Source of the DNA: a virus
Lineage: Duplodnaviria > Caudoviricetes
Direction: 5' to 3' (one strand)
Virus record (IMG/VR): IMGVR_UViG_3300020044_005777
Span: 1-38,560 of that record
DNA length: 38,560 nucleotides
Part shown: positions 1 to 8,682 of the stretch, in pieces
How the letters are laid out: each line of letters starts with the position of its first letter
How positions within the stretch are numbered: the stretch's first letter is position 1
Program-made: the position numbers and the translations under genes
The notes under the pieces: generated by a model
Database searches by the model: none
Told to the model about the DNA's origin: nothing
The model's input: only the letters and a program-made list of their open reading frames with translations

Positions 1-2
1 CA

Positions 3-227
3 GAAGCAGAAGTACACCGATTATTCGACATTAAAAAAGGAGACCTAATAAACGCTTTCATTCACTTTTATCAGAAAAATTACAATTGCCGTTATATATC
101 GGCTTATGTGGAAAATAACAGGAATGGAATTTTAGTAATACTGGAAGACAATCAGTTATCGGGTAAGTACAAAAAATCTCACTTTATTCCTGTTTATTTA
201 TTAGAAGGAGTCAAAAAACTTTATTAA
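3..227 (+). CDS. 3' part of hypothetical protein (allele of 36375-36776), truncated by window start
   Basis: Encodes the same peptide EAEVHRLFDIKKGD...GVKKLY*. Confidence 0.85.
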   Translation, partial: EAEVHRLFDIKKGDLINAFIHFYQKNYNCRYISAYVENNRNGILVILEDNQLSGKYKKSHFIPVYLLEGVKKLY

Positions 228-232
228 ATTTG
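225..232 (+). promoter_or_regulatory. Bacteroidota-type -7 promoter element
   Basis: TAAATTTG matches TAnnTTTG, 21 nt before ATG 254; same at 36774-36781. Confidence 0.6.
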
Positions 233-253
233 CAATATCTAAAAAACACGATT

Positions 254-781
254 ATGAGTAACCAAGTAACTGTAAAAAAGTTGCCAACGTTAACCGAATT
301 AGTTAACGACAATGATGCAACGCTAAGAGAAAAAGAGAACGCCTTTATGGTGCTTCTAAACAATGAACCTCCTAAAAGTTGGATTAAAGTACACCCAATG
401 ACTAAAGGTGATTATCTACCAATTGAACGGGTTGAAATGCTTTTAAGCCGAATCTTTGTTAAGTGGTGGGTAGAGGTTAGGCAAATTCAGACGGTAGCTA
501 ATGCTATTGTGGTGACTGTTCGATTGAATGTAATTAACCCTATTACGGGTGAATCTGATTATCAAGATGGGATAGGGGCAGCACCCATACAAACCGATAA
601 AGGAAGTGGTGCTATGGACTTTAATGCGGTAAAAGCCGATGCAGTTATGAAAGCAGCCCCAGCAGCCGAATCCTATGCCATAAAAGATGCAGCCGAAAAG
701 TTTGGTAAATTGTTCGGTAAAGACTTAAACAGAAAAGAAGAAATTAGTTACGAATCATTAATTGCTGACAGATGGAAATAG
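254..781 (+). CDS. Rad52/Sak-family single-strand annealing protein
   Basis: YLPIERVEMLLSRIF..W and AESYAIKDAAEKFGKLFGKDL motifs; paired with an exonuclease; start moved to ATG 254 after AAAAACACGATT. Confidence 0.8.
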   Translation: MSNQVTVKKLPTLTELVNDNDATLREKENAFMVLLNNEPPKSWIKVHPMTKGDYLPIERVEMLLSRIFVKWWVEVRQIQTVANAIVVTVRLNVINPITGESDYQDGIGAAPIQTDKGSGAMDFNAVKADAVMKAAPAAESYAIKDAAEKFGKLFGKDLNRKEEISYESLIADRWK

Positions 782-1413
782 TAGAGCCTTATTCAAAAGA
801 ATGGTACAAAGCCCGTTTAGGCAATGTTACTGCCTCCGAGGTTTGGAAGCTAATGACAGAAGTACGTTCTAAAAAAGAAAAGTTTAGCAAGACTGCTCAA
901 ACCTACATACTTGAAAAAGTGCATGAACGAATTACGGGAATACCAAAAGAATCATTTAATTCTATTGCCACTAGTTGGGGAGTTGAAAATGAATCACTAG
1001 CGATTAGAAACTTTACTAAGCGAACTGGATTAGAAGTATTTCCGTCTAAGTACTACACTCACTCCGATATGCCAAAAGCGGGATGCACTCCAGATGGTGA
1101 GGTTGAAGACGGTGGATTAATAGAGGTTAAATGTCCTTATAATGGGGTCAACCATATTGAGTACTGCACTATGCAGAATGAAGCAGACTTTAAAGAAATG
1201 TGCAAAGAATACTACTGGCAGACACAAATGCAAATGTTAGTAACTGGTAAAACACATTGTTACTTTGTTTCTTTTAACCCACGTATTAACAGTGATATGG
1301 GGCTATTTATTTTAAGAATTAATCAAAACACAGAAGATGCACTTTTGTTAGATTTAAAAATTCAGGATGCCTTGTTTGAGATTGATAAATATTTATCTAT
1401 ATTTGCTAAATAA
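772..1413 (+). CDS. YqaJ / lambda-exonuclease family recombination nuclease
   Basis: EWYKARLGNVTAS, WGVENE, CTPDG, IEVKCP, YYWQTQMQM motifs. Confidence 0.92.
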   Translation: MEIVEPYSKEWYKARLGNVTASEVWKLMTEVRSKKEKFSKTAQTYILEKVHERITGIPKESFNSIATSWGVENESLAIRNFTKRTGLEVFPSKYYTHSDMPKAGCTPDGEVEDGGLIEVKCPYNGVNHIEYCTMQNEADFKEMCKEYYWQTQMQMLVTGKTHCYFVSFNPRINSDMGLFILRINQNTEDALLLDLKIQDALFEIDKYLSIFAK

Positions 1414-1428
1414 TAAAAAACACGACTT

Positions 1429-2556
1429 ATGGAAAACCTAAAACCGATTGCGGAGCAATTATTGTCCGCTATTTCAAATCTACCGCTTAATGAAAAGGTA
1501 GACGCTATTAACTACATTCGTGAACAGATACACGAAGTAAGCCCGTTCGCTTCTGAACCAGTTGATTTTGTCAAATGGGTAATTAACGACAATGTAAAAG
1601 CAAATGACTACAACCCTAACAAGGTTGCCCCGCCTGAAATGGAGTTATTAGAAATATCCATTATGAATGATGGGTATACACAGCCTATTGTTACATTTCC
1701 AGTTGATGGAAAAAGCGAAGTTGTTGATGGCTTTCACCGTTCACGGGTTGGTAAAGAATCTGTACTTGTAAAACAAAGGGTTAAAGGATATTTACCAACT
1801 GTTATAATTCGTAAAGAACAACAAGGCAAAAATGACCGTATCGCCTCAACTATTCGCCACAACAGAGCAAGGGGCAAACATCAAATTGATGCTATGTCCG
1901 AAATTGTTTTGGAACTTAAAAACAGGAATTGGAAAAACGAAAGAATAGCCCGTGAACTTGGAATGGATGAAGAAGAAATATTACGTCTGTGTCAAATTAC
2001 TGGACTTGAGGAATTATTTAAAGACGATGATTTTAGTAAATCATGGGAGGCTTCTGATTCTGTTTCAGAATTTGAAGACTTAACAGATGAAGTGCCTGAC
2101 AACGAAAATTTTAGAACTATAAACACAAGCGACCCCGATAGGATATTTCACACGTTTGATAAATGGGAATGCCATAAGGCTGGGTTCTACGCTTCTACAT
2201 ATCGTAATATGACAGCGGAACAATGCGAACTTGAATACTCTTATTTTTTATCTAATGACGAACGATTCAAAACCGCATTAGAAGGTGTTATAACGGAGTG
2301 GAAACATTCTTGTGAACACTACCTAACCAATAAAGCCATGAACCGAATTGCATGGCTTGGTCAAGCTGCTATGTGTTATGCCACTGGAATACCGTCTAAG
2401 TATTGTGCTGGATTTAACTTACTTACGCCTGAACAACAGGAACGGGCTAATGAGATTGCGCTAGAATACTTAAACGCTTGGATGATTGCTAACAACAGAC
2501 CAACAGTTGAAATGGAAGAGGCTTTATCAATTGGAAGACAAGTAAACATTTACTAA
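1429..2556 (+). CDS. IbrB/YbdM-like ParB/Srx-domain protein with ~170-aa C-terminal extension
   Basis: ANDYNPNKVAPPEMELLEISIMNDGYTQPIV, VVDGFHR, STIRHNRARGKH, ELGMDEEEILRL. Confidence 0.88.
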   Translation: MENLKPIAEQLLSAISNLPLNEKVDAINYIREQIHEVSPFASEPVDFVKWVINDNVKANDYNPNKVAPPEMELLEISIMNDGYTQPIVTFPVDGKSEVVDGFHRSRVGKESVLVKQRVKGYLPTVIIRKEQQGKNDRIASTIRHNRARGKHQIDAMSEIVLELKNRNWKNERIARELGMDEEEILRLCQITGLEELFKDDDFSKSWEASDSVSEFEDLTDEVPDNENFRTINTSDPDRIFHTFDKWECHKAGFYASTYRNMTAEQCELEYSYFLSNDERFKTALEGVITEWKHSCEHYLTNKAMNRIAWLGQAAMCYATGIPSKYCAGFNLLTPEQQERANEIALEYLNAWMIANNRPTVEMEEALSIGRQVNIY

Positions 2557-2557
2557 T

Positions 2558-3769
2558 ATGGCAACAAAAGTATATCAAGATAAAAGCGTATTAGAAGCTG
2601 GTCGTGAACGTGTTTCTAAAACATTCGACAACTTTGAAAAAATCTATATTAGTTTTTCAGGCGGTAAAGACAGTTCGGTAATGTCTCACCTTGTTTTAGC
2701 AGAAGCAAGGAAACGAGGCAGAAAAGTTGGTTTTTTAATCATTGACCTTGAGGCGCAATACAACGATACTATTACTCACATTCACCACATGATTGAAATG
2801 TACAGCGATGTAATTGAATTGCATTGGGTGTGTGCTGAACTTCTTTTGCGTAATGCGGTTAGTAATTACCAACCTCGTTGGATATGTTGGGATAGGGATA
2901 AAAAAGACGTTTGGGTAAGGGATATGCCAATAGAAGCATCGGACTTATCGCAATATGACTTTTACGTTCCTAAAATGGAGTTTGAGGAATTTATGGTACT
3001 ATTTGGCGAATGGTATTCACAAGGTCAAAGATGCGCTGCATTTATTGGCATTCGTGCTGATGAATCTCTACACCGTTACCGTGCAATAGTTAGCCGTAAA
3101 GAGGGATTAATGTTTAATGATTGGAAATGGACTACCCGTGTTAGCTCGAGGCTTTACAACATTTATCCTATTTACGACTGGAAAACAGAGGATATATGGG
3201 TGTTTCATGGCAAATTTAAGCACTTGCCACATAATAAAGTTTACGACAAAATGACTATGGCAGGGGTAAAGTTTAGTCAACAACGACTTTGCCAACCATA
3301 TGGAGACGACCAGCGAAGAGGGCTATGGTTATATCATATCCTTGAACCAATGACATGGTATAAATTAGTAGCACGTGTTAATGGCGTTAATAGTGGCGCA
3401 TTGTATATTCAGGAAACTGGAAATATGACAGGATATGACAAAATATCTAAGCCTGATGGACATACATGGCAAAGTTTTTGCAACCTATTATTAAAAACAA
3501 TGCCTAGTAAAACAAGTAAACATTATCGTGAGCGGTTTCAAAAGTTTATATCTGGGTGGCAGGATAGAGGCTACACTAGTATCCCTGATGAAGCCCCGCA
3601 TGACTTAGAGGTAAAATGCTGGGTTCCTTCATGGAAACGTATGTGCAAGGTTATTCTAAGGAATGATTATTGGTGCAAGGGGTTGGGACAAACACAACCA
3701 AAATCAGAAGCGTACCAAAAGTTTAAAGAAATAAAAGCAAAGCGTAAATTAGCATCTCAAATTCAATAA
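2558..3769 (+). CDS. IbrA/YbdN-like PAPS-reductase-family (PP-loop) protein with DUF3440-type C-terminus
   Basis: SFSGGKDS PP-loop, IDLEAQY, GIRADESLHR, YPIYDWKTEDIW, PSWKRMCKVILRNDYWCKGL. Confidence 0.9.
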   Translation: MATKVYQDKSVLEAGRERVSKTFDNFEKIYISFSGGKDSSVMSHLVLAEARKRGRKVGFLIIDLEAQYNDTITHIHHMIEMYSDVIELHWVCAELLLRNAVSNYQPRWICWDRDKKDVWVRDMPIEASDLSQYDFYVPKMEFEEFMVLFGEWYSQGQRCAAFIGIRADESLHRYRAIVSRKEGLMFNDWKWTTRVSSRLYNIYPIYDWKTEDIWVFHGKFKHLPHNKVYDKMTMAGVKFSQQRLCQPYGDDQRRGLWLYHILEPMTWYKLVARVNGVNSGALYIQETGNMTGYDKISKPDGHTWQSFCNLLLKTMPSKTSKHYRERFQKFISGWQDRGYTSIPDEAPHDLEVKCWVPSWKRMCKVILRNDYWCKGLGQTQPKSEAYQKFKEIKAKRKLASQIQ

Positions 3770-3885
3770 CCATGCACTACAACACAACAGATTTAGACAC
3801 TAAAACGCTACAAAGATTAAACGATTTAAGCGTTAGCCAAGAAGAAAAGATTTACCAGCTATTCCGATTAGTAAAACGTCCGATG
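3765..3885 (+). repeat. Right flank repeat, copy 1 (copy 2 at 38440-38560)
   Basis: 121 nt identical at offset 34675. Confidence 0.97.
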
Positions 3886-4062
3886 GCTTGGTTTGAGGTT
3901 AAACAGTATTTTCCTAATATGAATGAATGCTCGCTTAAAAGAGCCTTAACAGACCTAACTAAAGAAAAGAATTTTAAACTAGCTAGACTAGAAAAGACTT
4001 CTAAAAAGGTTGACCATTACGGGGTAAGTTGTTACCAATATGCGATAAAAATTAATTATTAG
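3772..4062 (+). CDS. Hypothetical protein, possible winged-helix
   Basis: 96-aa ORF, tightly packed; SLKRALTDL helix followed by a beta hairpin. Confidence 0.7.
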   Translation: MHYNTTDLDTKTLQRLNDLSVSQEEKIYQLFRLVKRPMAWFEVKQYFPNMNECSLKRALTDLTKEKNFKLARLEKTSKKVDHYGVSCYQYAIKINY

Positions 4063-4640
4063 TGAAAAAGGTAAAGACTAAGATATGCTCCGTTTGTGAG
4101 AATCCATTTACGCCTACTCACTCAACTACTCAAAAGGTATGTAGTCCTTCTTGTGCTTTAGAATTAGTCCGAAAAAACCCGCCTAAGTCGTTTATTAAAG
4201 AATTAAAGACTAAGGAACGGTTGGCTAATAAAGAAGCAAAGGAAAATACTTTAACGCATTCTGATTGGCTTAATTTGTTTCAAAAGGTATTTAATACTTA
4301 TATACGAATGAGGGATAAAAATAAGCCTTGTATTAGCTGCGACAGACCATTGGCAGGTAAGTTTGATGCTGGACATTTCTACTCTGTAAAGCCTTATTAT
4401 GGTCTAAGATTCCACGAAAATAACGTGCATGGGCAATGTGTTTTCTGTAATCAGCACCAACATGGTAATCAACACGAATATGCTATTAGATTGCCTTTTA
4501 GAATAGGTTACAGAAACTTTAAATGGTTGGAAGAAAATAGACACATGGAGCAGAAATTTACAATACCCGAATTAAAAGAACTAATAAAAACATACAAGGA
4601 CAAGATTAAAGCACTGTCTTTGCAACACGACAATAAATAA
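4062..4640 (+). CDS. ninG: NinG/Rap-family recombination endonuclease
   Basis: N-terminal CxxC..CSxxCA, FNTYIRMRD, CISC, DAGHF, RFHENNVHGQCVFCN. Confidence 0.92.
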   Translation: MKKVKTKICSVCENPFTPTHSTTQKVCSPSCALELVRKNPPKSFIKELKTKERLANKEAKENTLTHSDWLNLFQKVFNTYIRMRDKNKPCISCDRPLAGKFDAGHFYSVKPYYGLRFHENNVHGQCVFCNQHQHGNQHEYAIRLPFRIGYRNFKWLEENRHMEQKFTIPELKELIKTYKDKIKALSLQHDNK

Positions 4641-4711
4641 TATTAGAGGGGGCAGCCTTGCATCTGTTGTAGGGTGGTTTAGTCGTGTTTACCAGCCCCC
4701 TTACTTTTTTC

Positions 4712-4742
4712 TTGACATTGAGTAATTAATTTAGTATATTTG
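4712..4742 (+). promoter_or_regulatory. Promoter for replication genes
   Basis: TTGACA at 4712 and TATATTTG (TAnnTTTG) at 4735-4742. Confidence 0.7.
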
Positions 4743-4780
4743 CATACAAATCCAAAACTCCACAAATGGATAAATTTATT

Positions 4781-4856
4781 AAAGCATTAGGGTGTAACGT
4801 TTCGTTTCTTCGATTCGGGGTTAGTGGAGTTTCCTTGCCCTTTTGCTTTTCTTTTA
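4781..4856 (+). promoter_or_regulatory. Structured leader / attenuator-like stem-loop
   Basis: AAAGCAttAGGGT (4781-4793) pairs with GCCCTttTGCTTT (4837-4849), followed by a T-rich tract. Confidence 0.5.
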
Positions 4857-4877
4857 AAATCAATAAAATCCACATAT

Positions 4878-5081
4878 ATGGCTATACTATCTACACCTAA
4901 ATTCCGTTGCGCCTGTAACGGAGTACTTTTTCACGCTGAAATGATTGATGATAATCATGGAATTGAATATGTAATAACGCATCACAGCGGACGTAAAACA
5001 ACAATAGTTTTAAATCGGAGGGACTTCTATGAATTTACAAAATTCGCCTTACAAATGGTTAACGAGAATCCACGCACATGA
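4878..5081 (+). CDS. Hypothetical protein
   Basis: ORF; ATG 4878 preferred over GTG 4824, which lies inside the hairpin; ATGA overlap with next gene. Confidence 0.65.
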   Translation: MAILSTPKFRCACNGVLFHAEMIDDNHGIEYVITHHSGRKTTIVLNRRDFYEFTKFALQMVNENPRT

Positions 5082-5818
5082 AATACTACCTACACGATTC
5101 GTCCGCTTTTGATGACGAAAAAATAACACAGTTATTTATTAATTTTGGATACGAAGGTTTAGGACTATTCTATACTATGTTAGAAAAGTTTGCCAAACAA
5201 GAAAAGCCGATTAATACTTTGGCTTTAAAACACCAATTGAAGGTGGGAAAAAAGCTAAACAAATGCTGGGACTTTATGGAAGAAATTGGGTTAATTTCAT
5301 CAAGAAATGGTGAAACTTTCAACGAACAATTGCTAAACTTTAGCGGAAAGTACCAAATAGAAAAAGAAAAAAACAAAGAAAGAGTTAGGGAATGGCGTGA
5401 AAGACAGAAGGTTATAAATAATGTAACGGATTACGAACAGATTAGTAACGCTCCTAAAGTAAATGAAAGTAAAGTAAAAGAAAGTAAAGTAAATGATATT
5501 AGTATTGTTTCTGCGAAACCAAAAAAAACAATTGAAGAACGAGTTGAAGATTTTAGACAAGACTGTTTAAGTTTTATCGGAAAATATCCTAATGAAACCT
5601 TAAAGGCTTTTTTTAATCACTGGTCGGAACTAACTCCTGATGGCAAGAAAATGAAAAAGGAAAATCAAAAAACTTGGCAAACTAAAAACAGACTTGTAAC
5701 TTGGTTTAATAATGAGAGCAAGTTTAATCGAGGTTATTCAGCCCCACCCAAACAAACATCAGGTGACAAAACAATGTCAGTACTGGCTAACTTCATTGCT
5801 AAAGTAGATAAAGAGTAA
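5078..5818 (+). CDS. Phage replication initiator (DUF4373/Lin1244-like N-terminus)
   Basis: YYLHDS...DEKI...FGYEGLGLFY N-terminus; KVNESKVKESKVN low-complexity linker; FFNHWSE...TWQTKNRLVTW C-terminus. Confidence 0.78.
   Translation: MKYYLHDSSAFDDEKITQLFINFGYEGLGLFYTMLEKFAKQEKPINTLALKHQLKVGKKLNKCWDFMEEIGLISSRNGETFNEQLLNFSGKYQIEKEKNKERVREWRERQKVINNVTDYEQISNAPKVNESKVKESKVNDISIVSAKPKKTIEERVEDFRQDCLSFIGKYPNETLKAFFNHWSELTPDGKKMKKENQKTWQTKNRLVTWFNNESKFNRGYSAPPKQTSGDKTMSVLANFIAKVDKE
5456..5495 (+). repeat. AAAGT-based short tandem repeats inside initiator gene (candidate origin region)
   Basis: AAAGTAAATG AAAGTAAAGTAAAAG AAAGTAAAGTAAATG; lambdoid origins lie inside the initiator gene. Confidence 0.5.
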
Positions 5819-5829
5819 ATTTAAAAAAC

Positions 5830-6627
5830 ATGGAAACAGGATTAACAACACAAGCACAAAATGAATGGGTAATTGCTAAGATGCAACCCAAGATTAGGGA
5901 TATTGAATTTAAAGACCGCAAAAAAGCGATTGCAGCCTGTTTAGGCGAAGCAATGTTGCTCAATGGTACTTCAACTAATCAAGAGGTATTTGAAGCGATT
6001 GCAGAGGCTTTAATGCAGGATTTTAACACTACTCCTAGATACGCACACATGACAATAGCCGAATTTAGGATTTTTATGCGAAAAGGATTGGCTAATGAAT
6101 ACGGTACTTACAAAAATCAAATGTGCGTTATTAACTACCCTAACGTCATGTTTTGGATTAAAAAAGGATTAGATGATACGGCAAGGTCAGAGGCATTAAG
6201 AAAATCAGAAGAAGAAAAGTTTGTTGCTAAAAAACCATCGGATGAACAAATAAGAGCTGAATTGATTGCATCATGTCACAATACCTACAATGACATGAAG
6301 AACGGTAAAGTGTATCTTAACCTAAAACCGCCATTTGCGCTCTATTACGACTATTTGTTAGAGCGATACGGTATTGAAGTAGAACGTAACGGCAAAGTAG
6401 GTAAGACTTTAATAACCGATTCTAAAGAAAAATCAAGGGTTGACAATGAAGCAATCGAAGATTTTAACGCATACATTCAAGCAGGATTCAAGAAACAAAG
6501 CGATATTACCGACTTCAATACCTATGCGGATAGGATGCTACACAGCCAATCTAGGGTTAACTGTATTAAAAAACACCACGTTATTTACCTATTCAAACAG
6601 CTAATTGAGCAAGGCGAGGAACTTTGA
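5830..6627 (+). CDS. Hypothetical protein, possible replication accessory / helicase loader
   Basis: 265-aa ORF directly after the initiator; function inferred from position only. Confidence 0.6.
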   Translation: METGLTTQAQNEWVIAKMQPKIRDIEFKDRKKAIAACLGEAMLLNGTSTNQEVFEAIAEALMQDFNTTPRYAHMTIAEFRIFMRKGLANEYGTYKNQMCVINYPNVMFWIKKGLDDTARSEALRKSEEEKFVAKKPSDEQIRAELIASCHNTYNDMKNGKVYLNLKPPFALYYDYLLERYGIEVERNGKVGKTLITDSKEKSRVDNEAIEDFNAYIQAGFKKQSDITDFNTYADRMLHSQSRVNCIKKHHVIYLFKQLIEQGEEL

Positions 6628-6644
6628 TTATTAAATTATTCTCT

Positions 6645-6746
6645 TTGATTTTCAGCTAGTTACATAAATTTAACAAAATAAATTTGGAGATTCGTTATTG
6701 TGGTAGTATCTTTACACTATCAAAAAAAAACACGACAATGAAAAAA
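6645..6746 (+). promoter_or_regulatory. Early promoter block, copy 1 (homologous to 35450-35546)
   Basis: TTGATTTTCAGnnAGTTAYRTAAATTT ... TATCTTTACAC ... AAAAACACGAC-ATGAAAAAA shared by both. Confidence 0.7.
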
Positions 6747-6935
6747 GCAACATTAACAATCAGCATCAGTCAGGAAAAAGCAATGTTTAACCCTTCAAAT
6801 GAGGTTAAAGAACATTACACGGTTACATTTAAATACCGAAAAGAATCAGCACTTAACAAGCGAGTGTTTGAATATACCTCGACAGAAACATTTGACCACA
6901 TTGCTAAAGTAGTAGTTTATAATCTTTCAAAGTAA
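6738..6935 (+). CDS. Hypothetical protein
   Basis: ATG after AAAAACACGACA; TAATG coupling to next ORF. Confidence 0.7.
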   Translation: MKKATLTISISQEKAMFNPSNEVKEHYTVTFKYRKESALNKRVFEYTSTETFDHIAKVVVYNLSK

Positions 6936-7378
6936 TGGAAAAATACATTAAATCAGAATCAGGCATCTACTACATGAATTGCGCTAACGGTGGTAGTGTT
7001 GGAGTTGTTTGTTATGGAAATTACGCTTCAATAACAAAGTATAGCGCAGCGACAGCACAAGAATGCGTTAAGACCTACTCGCCATGCACACGTGATGAAT
7101 TTGAAGAAGCCTATAAAACAGCTATCAATCTAATATCAAATGGCGTTAGATTATCCCTAACAGACGAGGAGTTTGTAGAACTTAATTGGTCAGATAACTG
7201 GGAGTTTGAAACTGAAACCGAAAAGGGACAGATTGGCGATAACTACTATGTTGAGCATATACCCGATTCAATATCAGTAACCCGTTTAATTGTTGATGGA
7301 ATTGATTATACGGATAGGTTGACGGATGCGCAATGGCAAAGGGTTCAGGAAATTTACGAAGCTAAATTTGGTGAATAA
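6935..7378 (+). CDS. Hypothetical protein
   Basis: 147-aa ORF in coupled operon. Confidence 0.75.
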   Translation: MEKYIKSESGIYYMNCANGGSVGVVCYGNYASITKYSAATAQECVKTYSPCTRDEFEEAYKTAINLISNGVRLSLTDEEFVELNWSDNWEFETETEKGQIGDNYYVEHIPDSISVTRLIVDGIDYTDRLTDAQWQRVQEIYEAKFGE

Positions 7379-7524
7379 TGGGCAAGTATCAACCACCACC
7401 ATATAAGGTGAAGCGAGATGGTAAATGGGTTACGATAGTACCCGAACTAAGAGATGTGCTTGAAAAGTCTTTTTTTAGAGGAACAGGAAAAGGAAGTAAA
7501 TCAGTTAAATTTAATAAACAATGA
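7378..7524 (+). CDS. Small hypothetical protein (48 aa, not in ORF track)
   Basis: MGKYQPPPYKVKRDGKWV...; TAATG overlap upstream and ATGA overlap downstream. Confidence 0.6.
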   Translation: MGKYQPPPYKVKRDGKWVTIVPELRDVLEKSFFRGTGKGSKSVKFNKQ

Positions 7525-8363
7525 AACACGAACTAACCCCCGAAGTAGTAAAGCAAATAGTTGACTTTGCTAAGAAGTATGAACAAAAAGGTGATTTAGT
7601 AGGAATCCCACTTGAAGTAATTTCAAAGATGCTGCAACGGCAGTATGAACAGACAGGTAAATGGGATGTGGAGGTGTTTGAGAAAGATATAACCGATGAC
7701 GATAGATTTGGAGGTTTTGATTGGGATGATACAATTGAAAAATGGCCGTTTTGGAGTGAAACATTAATTGAGAAAAACTTCACCGATTTCTTCACCCGCT
7801 ACCCTGAACGATTTGAAAGTGAACCAAAATACAGAGATTCATTGGGCTATCCTTTGGAGATTGGGGAGGAGATTTATGTTTCACAAAGTATTAAAAACAC
7901 GCTTATATTCAGATATAAAAATGTTTTTACAGGAATGGTAGGTGAAAAATTTAAAGGTAATTTTTTTACAACGAAATACGCCATTTCAGCAAAAGCCTAC
8001 CAAAGCAATCCATTCGAAGTAATTAAACAAGTTAAGCAATTAGAGCAACCCGAACCACCTAAGCAAGAAGAAAAGCCAACCAAGCCAGTATATGTAACTC
8101 CTTGTGGTACTTTTACAGAGGGAGAGGAAGTGTGTGCTGGTTCAGCAAAACGCATATTTTATAAGTACGATGAAAAATTAGAATACCCATATCTTTGCGT
8201 TGATAACGAATTTGAAAAAAAATACATTAATGGTGATAAATTTAACATCTGTAATTGGTTATCTATATCTAAACTACCCCCTCTCCCCACCATTGAAGAA
8301 GTAGCAAGTAAAGCAGGTATTAGCGTTGAACAGTTGAAAGATATTGTTAAGGAAGGGAAGTGA
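7521..8363 (+). CDS. Hypothetical multi-domain protein
   Basis: 280-aa ORF with Pro/Glu linker (QPEPPKQEEKPTKP). Confidence 0.8.
   Translation: MKHELTPEVVKQIVDFAKKYEQKGDLVGIPLEVISKMLQRQYEQTGKWDVEVFEKDITDDDRFGGFDWDDTIEKWPFWSETLIEKNFTDFFTRYPERFESEPKYRDSLGYPLEIGEEIYVSQSIKNTLIFRYKNVFTGMVGEKFKGNFFTTKYAISAKAYQSNPFEVIKQVKQLEQPEPPKQEEKPTKPVYVTPCGTFTEGEEVCAGSAKRIFYKYDEKLEYPYLCVDNEFEKKYINGDKFNICNWLSISKLPPLPTIEEVASKAGISVEQLKDIVKEGK
8329..8361 (+). repeat. Direct repeat copy 1 (copy 2 at 8629-8661)
   Basis: 33 nt with 3 mismatches at offset 300; ATTGTTAAGGAAGGGAAGT identical. Confidence 0.9.
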
Positions 8364-8431
8364 TTAGGTAATAGTTTTAATGGCGCAATGGTTCTGTTAG
8401 CTTTAGTTTATTTAAAATTTTACCATTAAAT

Positions 8432-8638
8432 ATGCAACATTCAGTAAAAAATATCGGTGATAATTACGAGAAACTTTCAATTATGCGAAAGGACAAATAT
8501 CAATTCAATGCAAATGATTTCTTTCAGTTTGCAAAAGATAATATAAAGAATTATAGCATAATTGAAAGTGGAGATGATTTACTTGTTAGCACTTGGTATA
8601 TCGATTCTTTGATTGAGGATTACCAATCAACAATTTAA
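8432..8638 (+). CDS. Hypothetical protein in 300-bp repeat-flanked segment
   Basis: 68-aa ORF between the direct repeats. Confidence 0.65.
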   Translation: MQHSVKNIGDNYEKLSIMRKDKYQFNANDFFQFAKDNIKNYSIIESGDDLLVSTWYIDSLIEDYQSTI

Positions 8639-8661
8639 AGAAATTGTTAAGGAAGGGAAGT
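8629..8661 (+). repeat. Direct repeat copy 2
   Basis: See 8329-8361. Confidence 0.9.
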
Positions 8662-8682
8662 AAAATTTAATTTGAAAACAAA

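Larger units (their letters stand above)
1..256 (+). repeat. Left flank repeat, copy 1 (copy 2 at 36550-36805)
   Basis: Direct alignment at offset 36549 with 6 substitutions (positions 11, 21, 29, 137, 149, 209), ending at the ATG of the recombinase gene. Confidence 0.97.
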
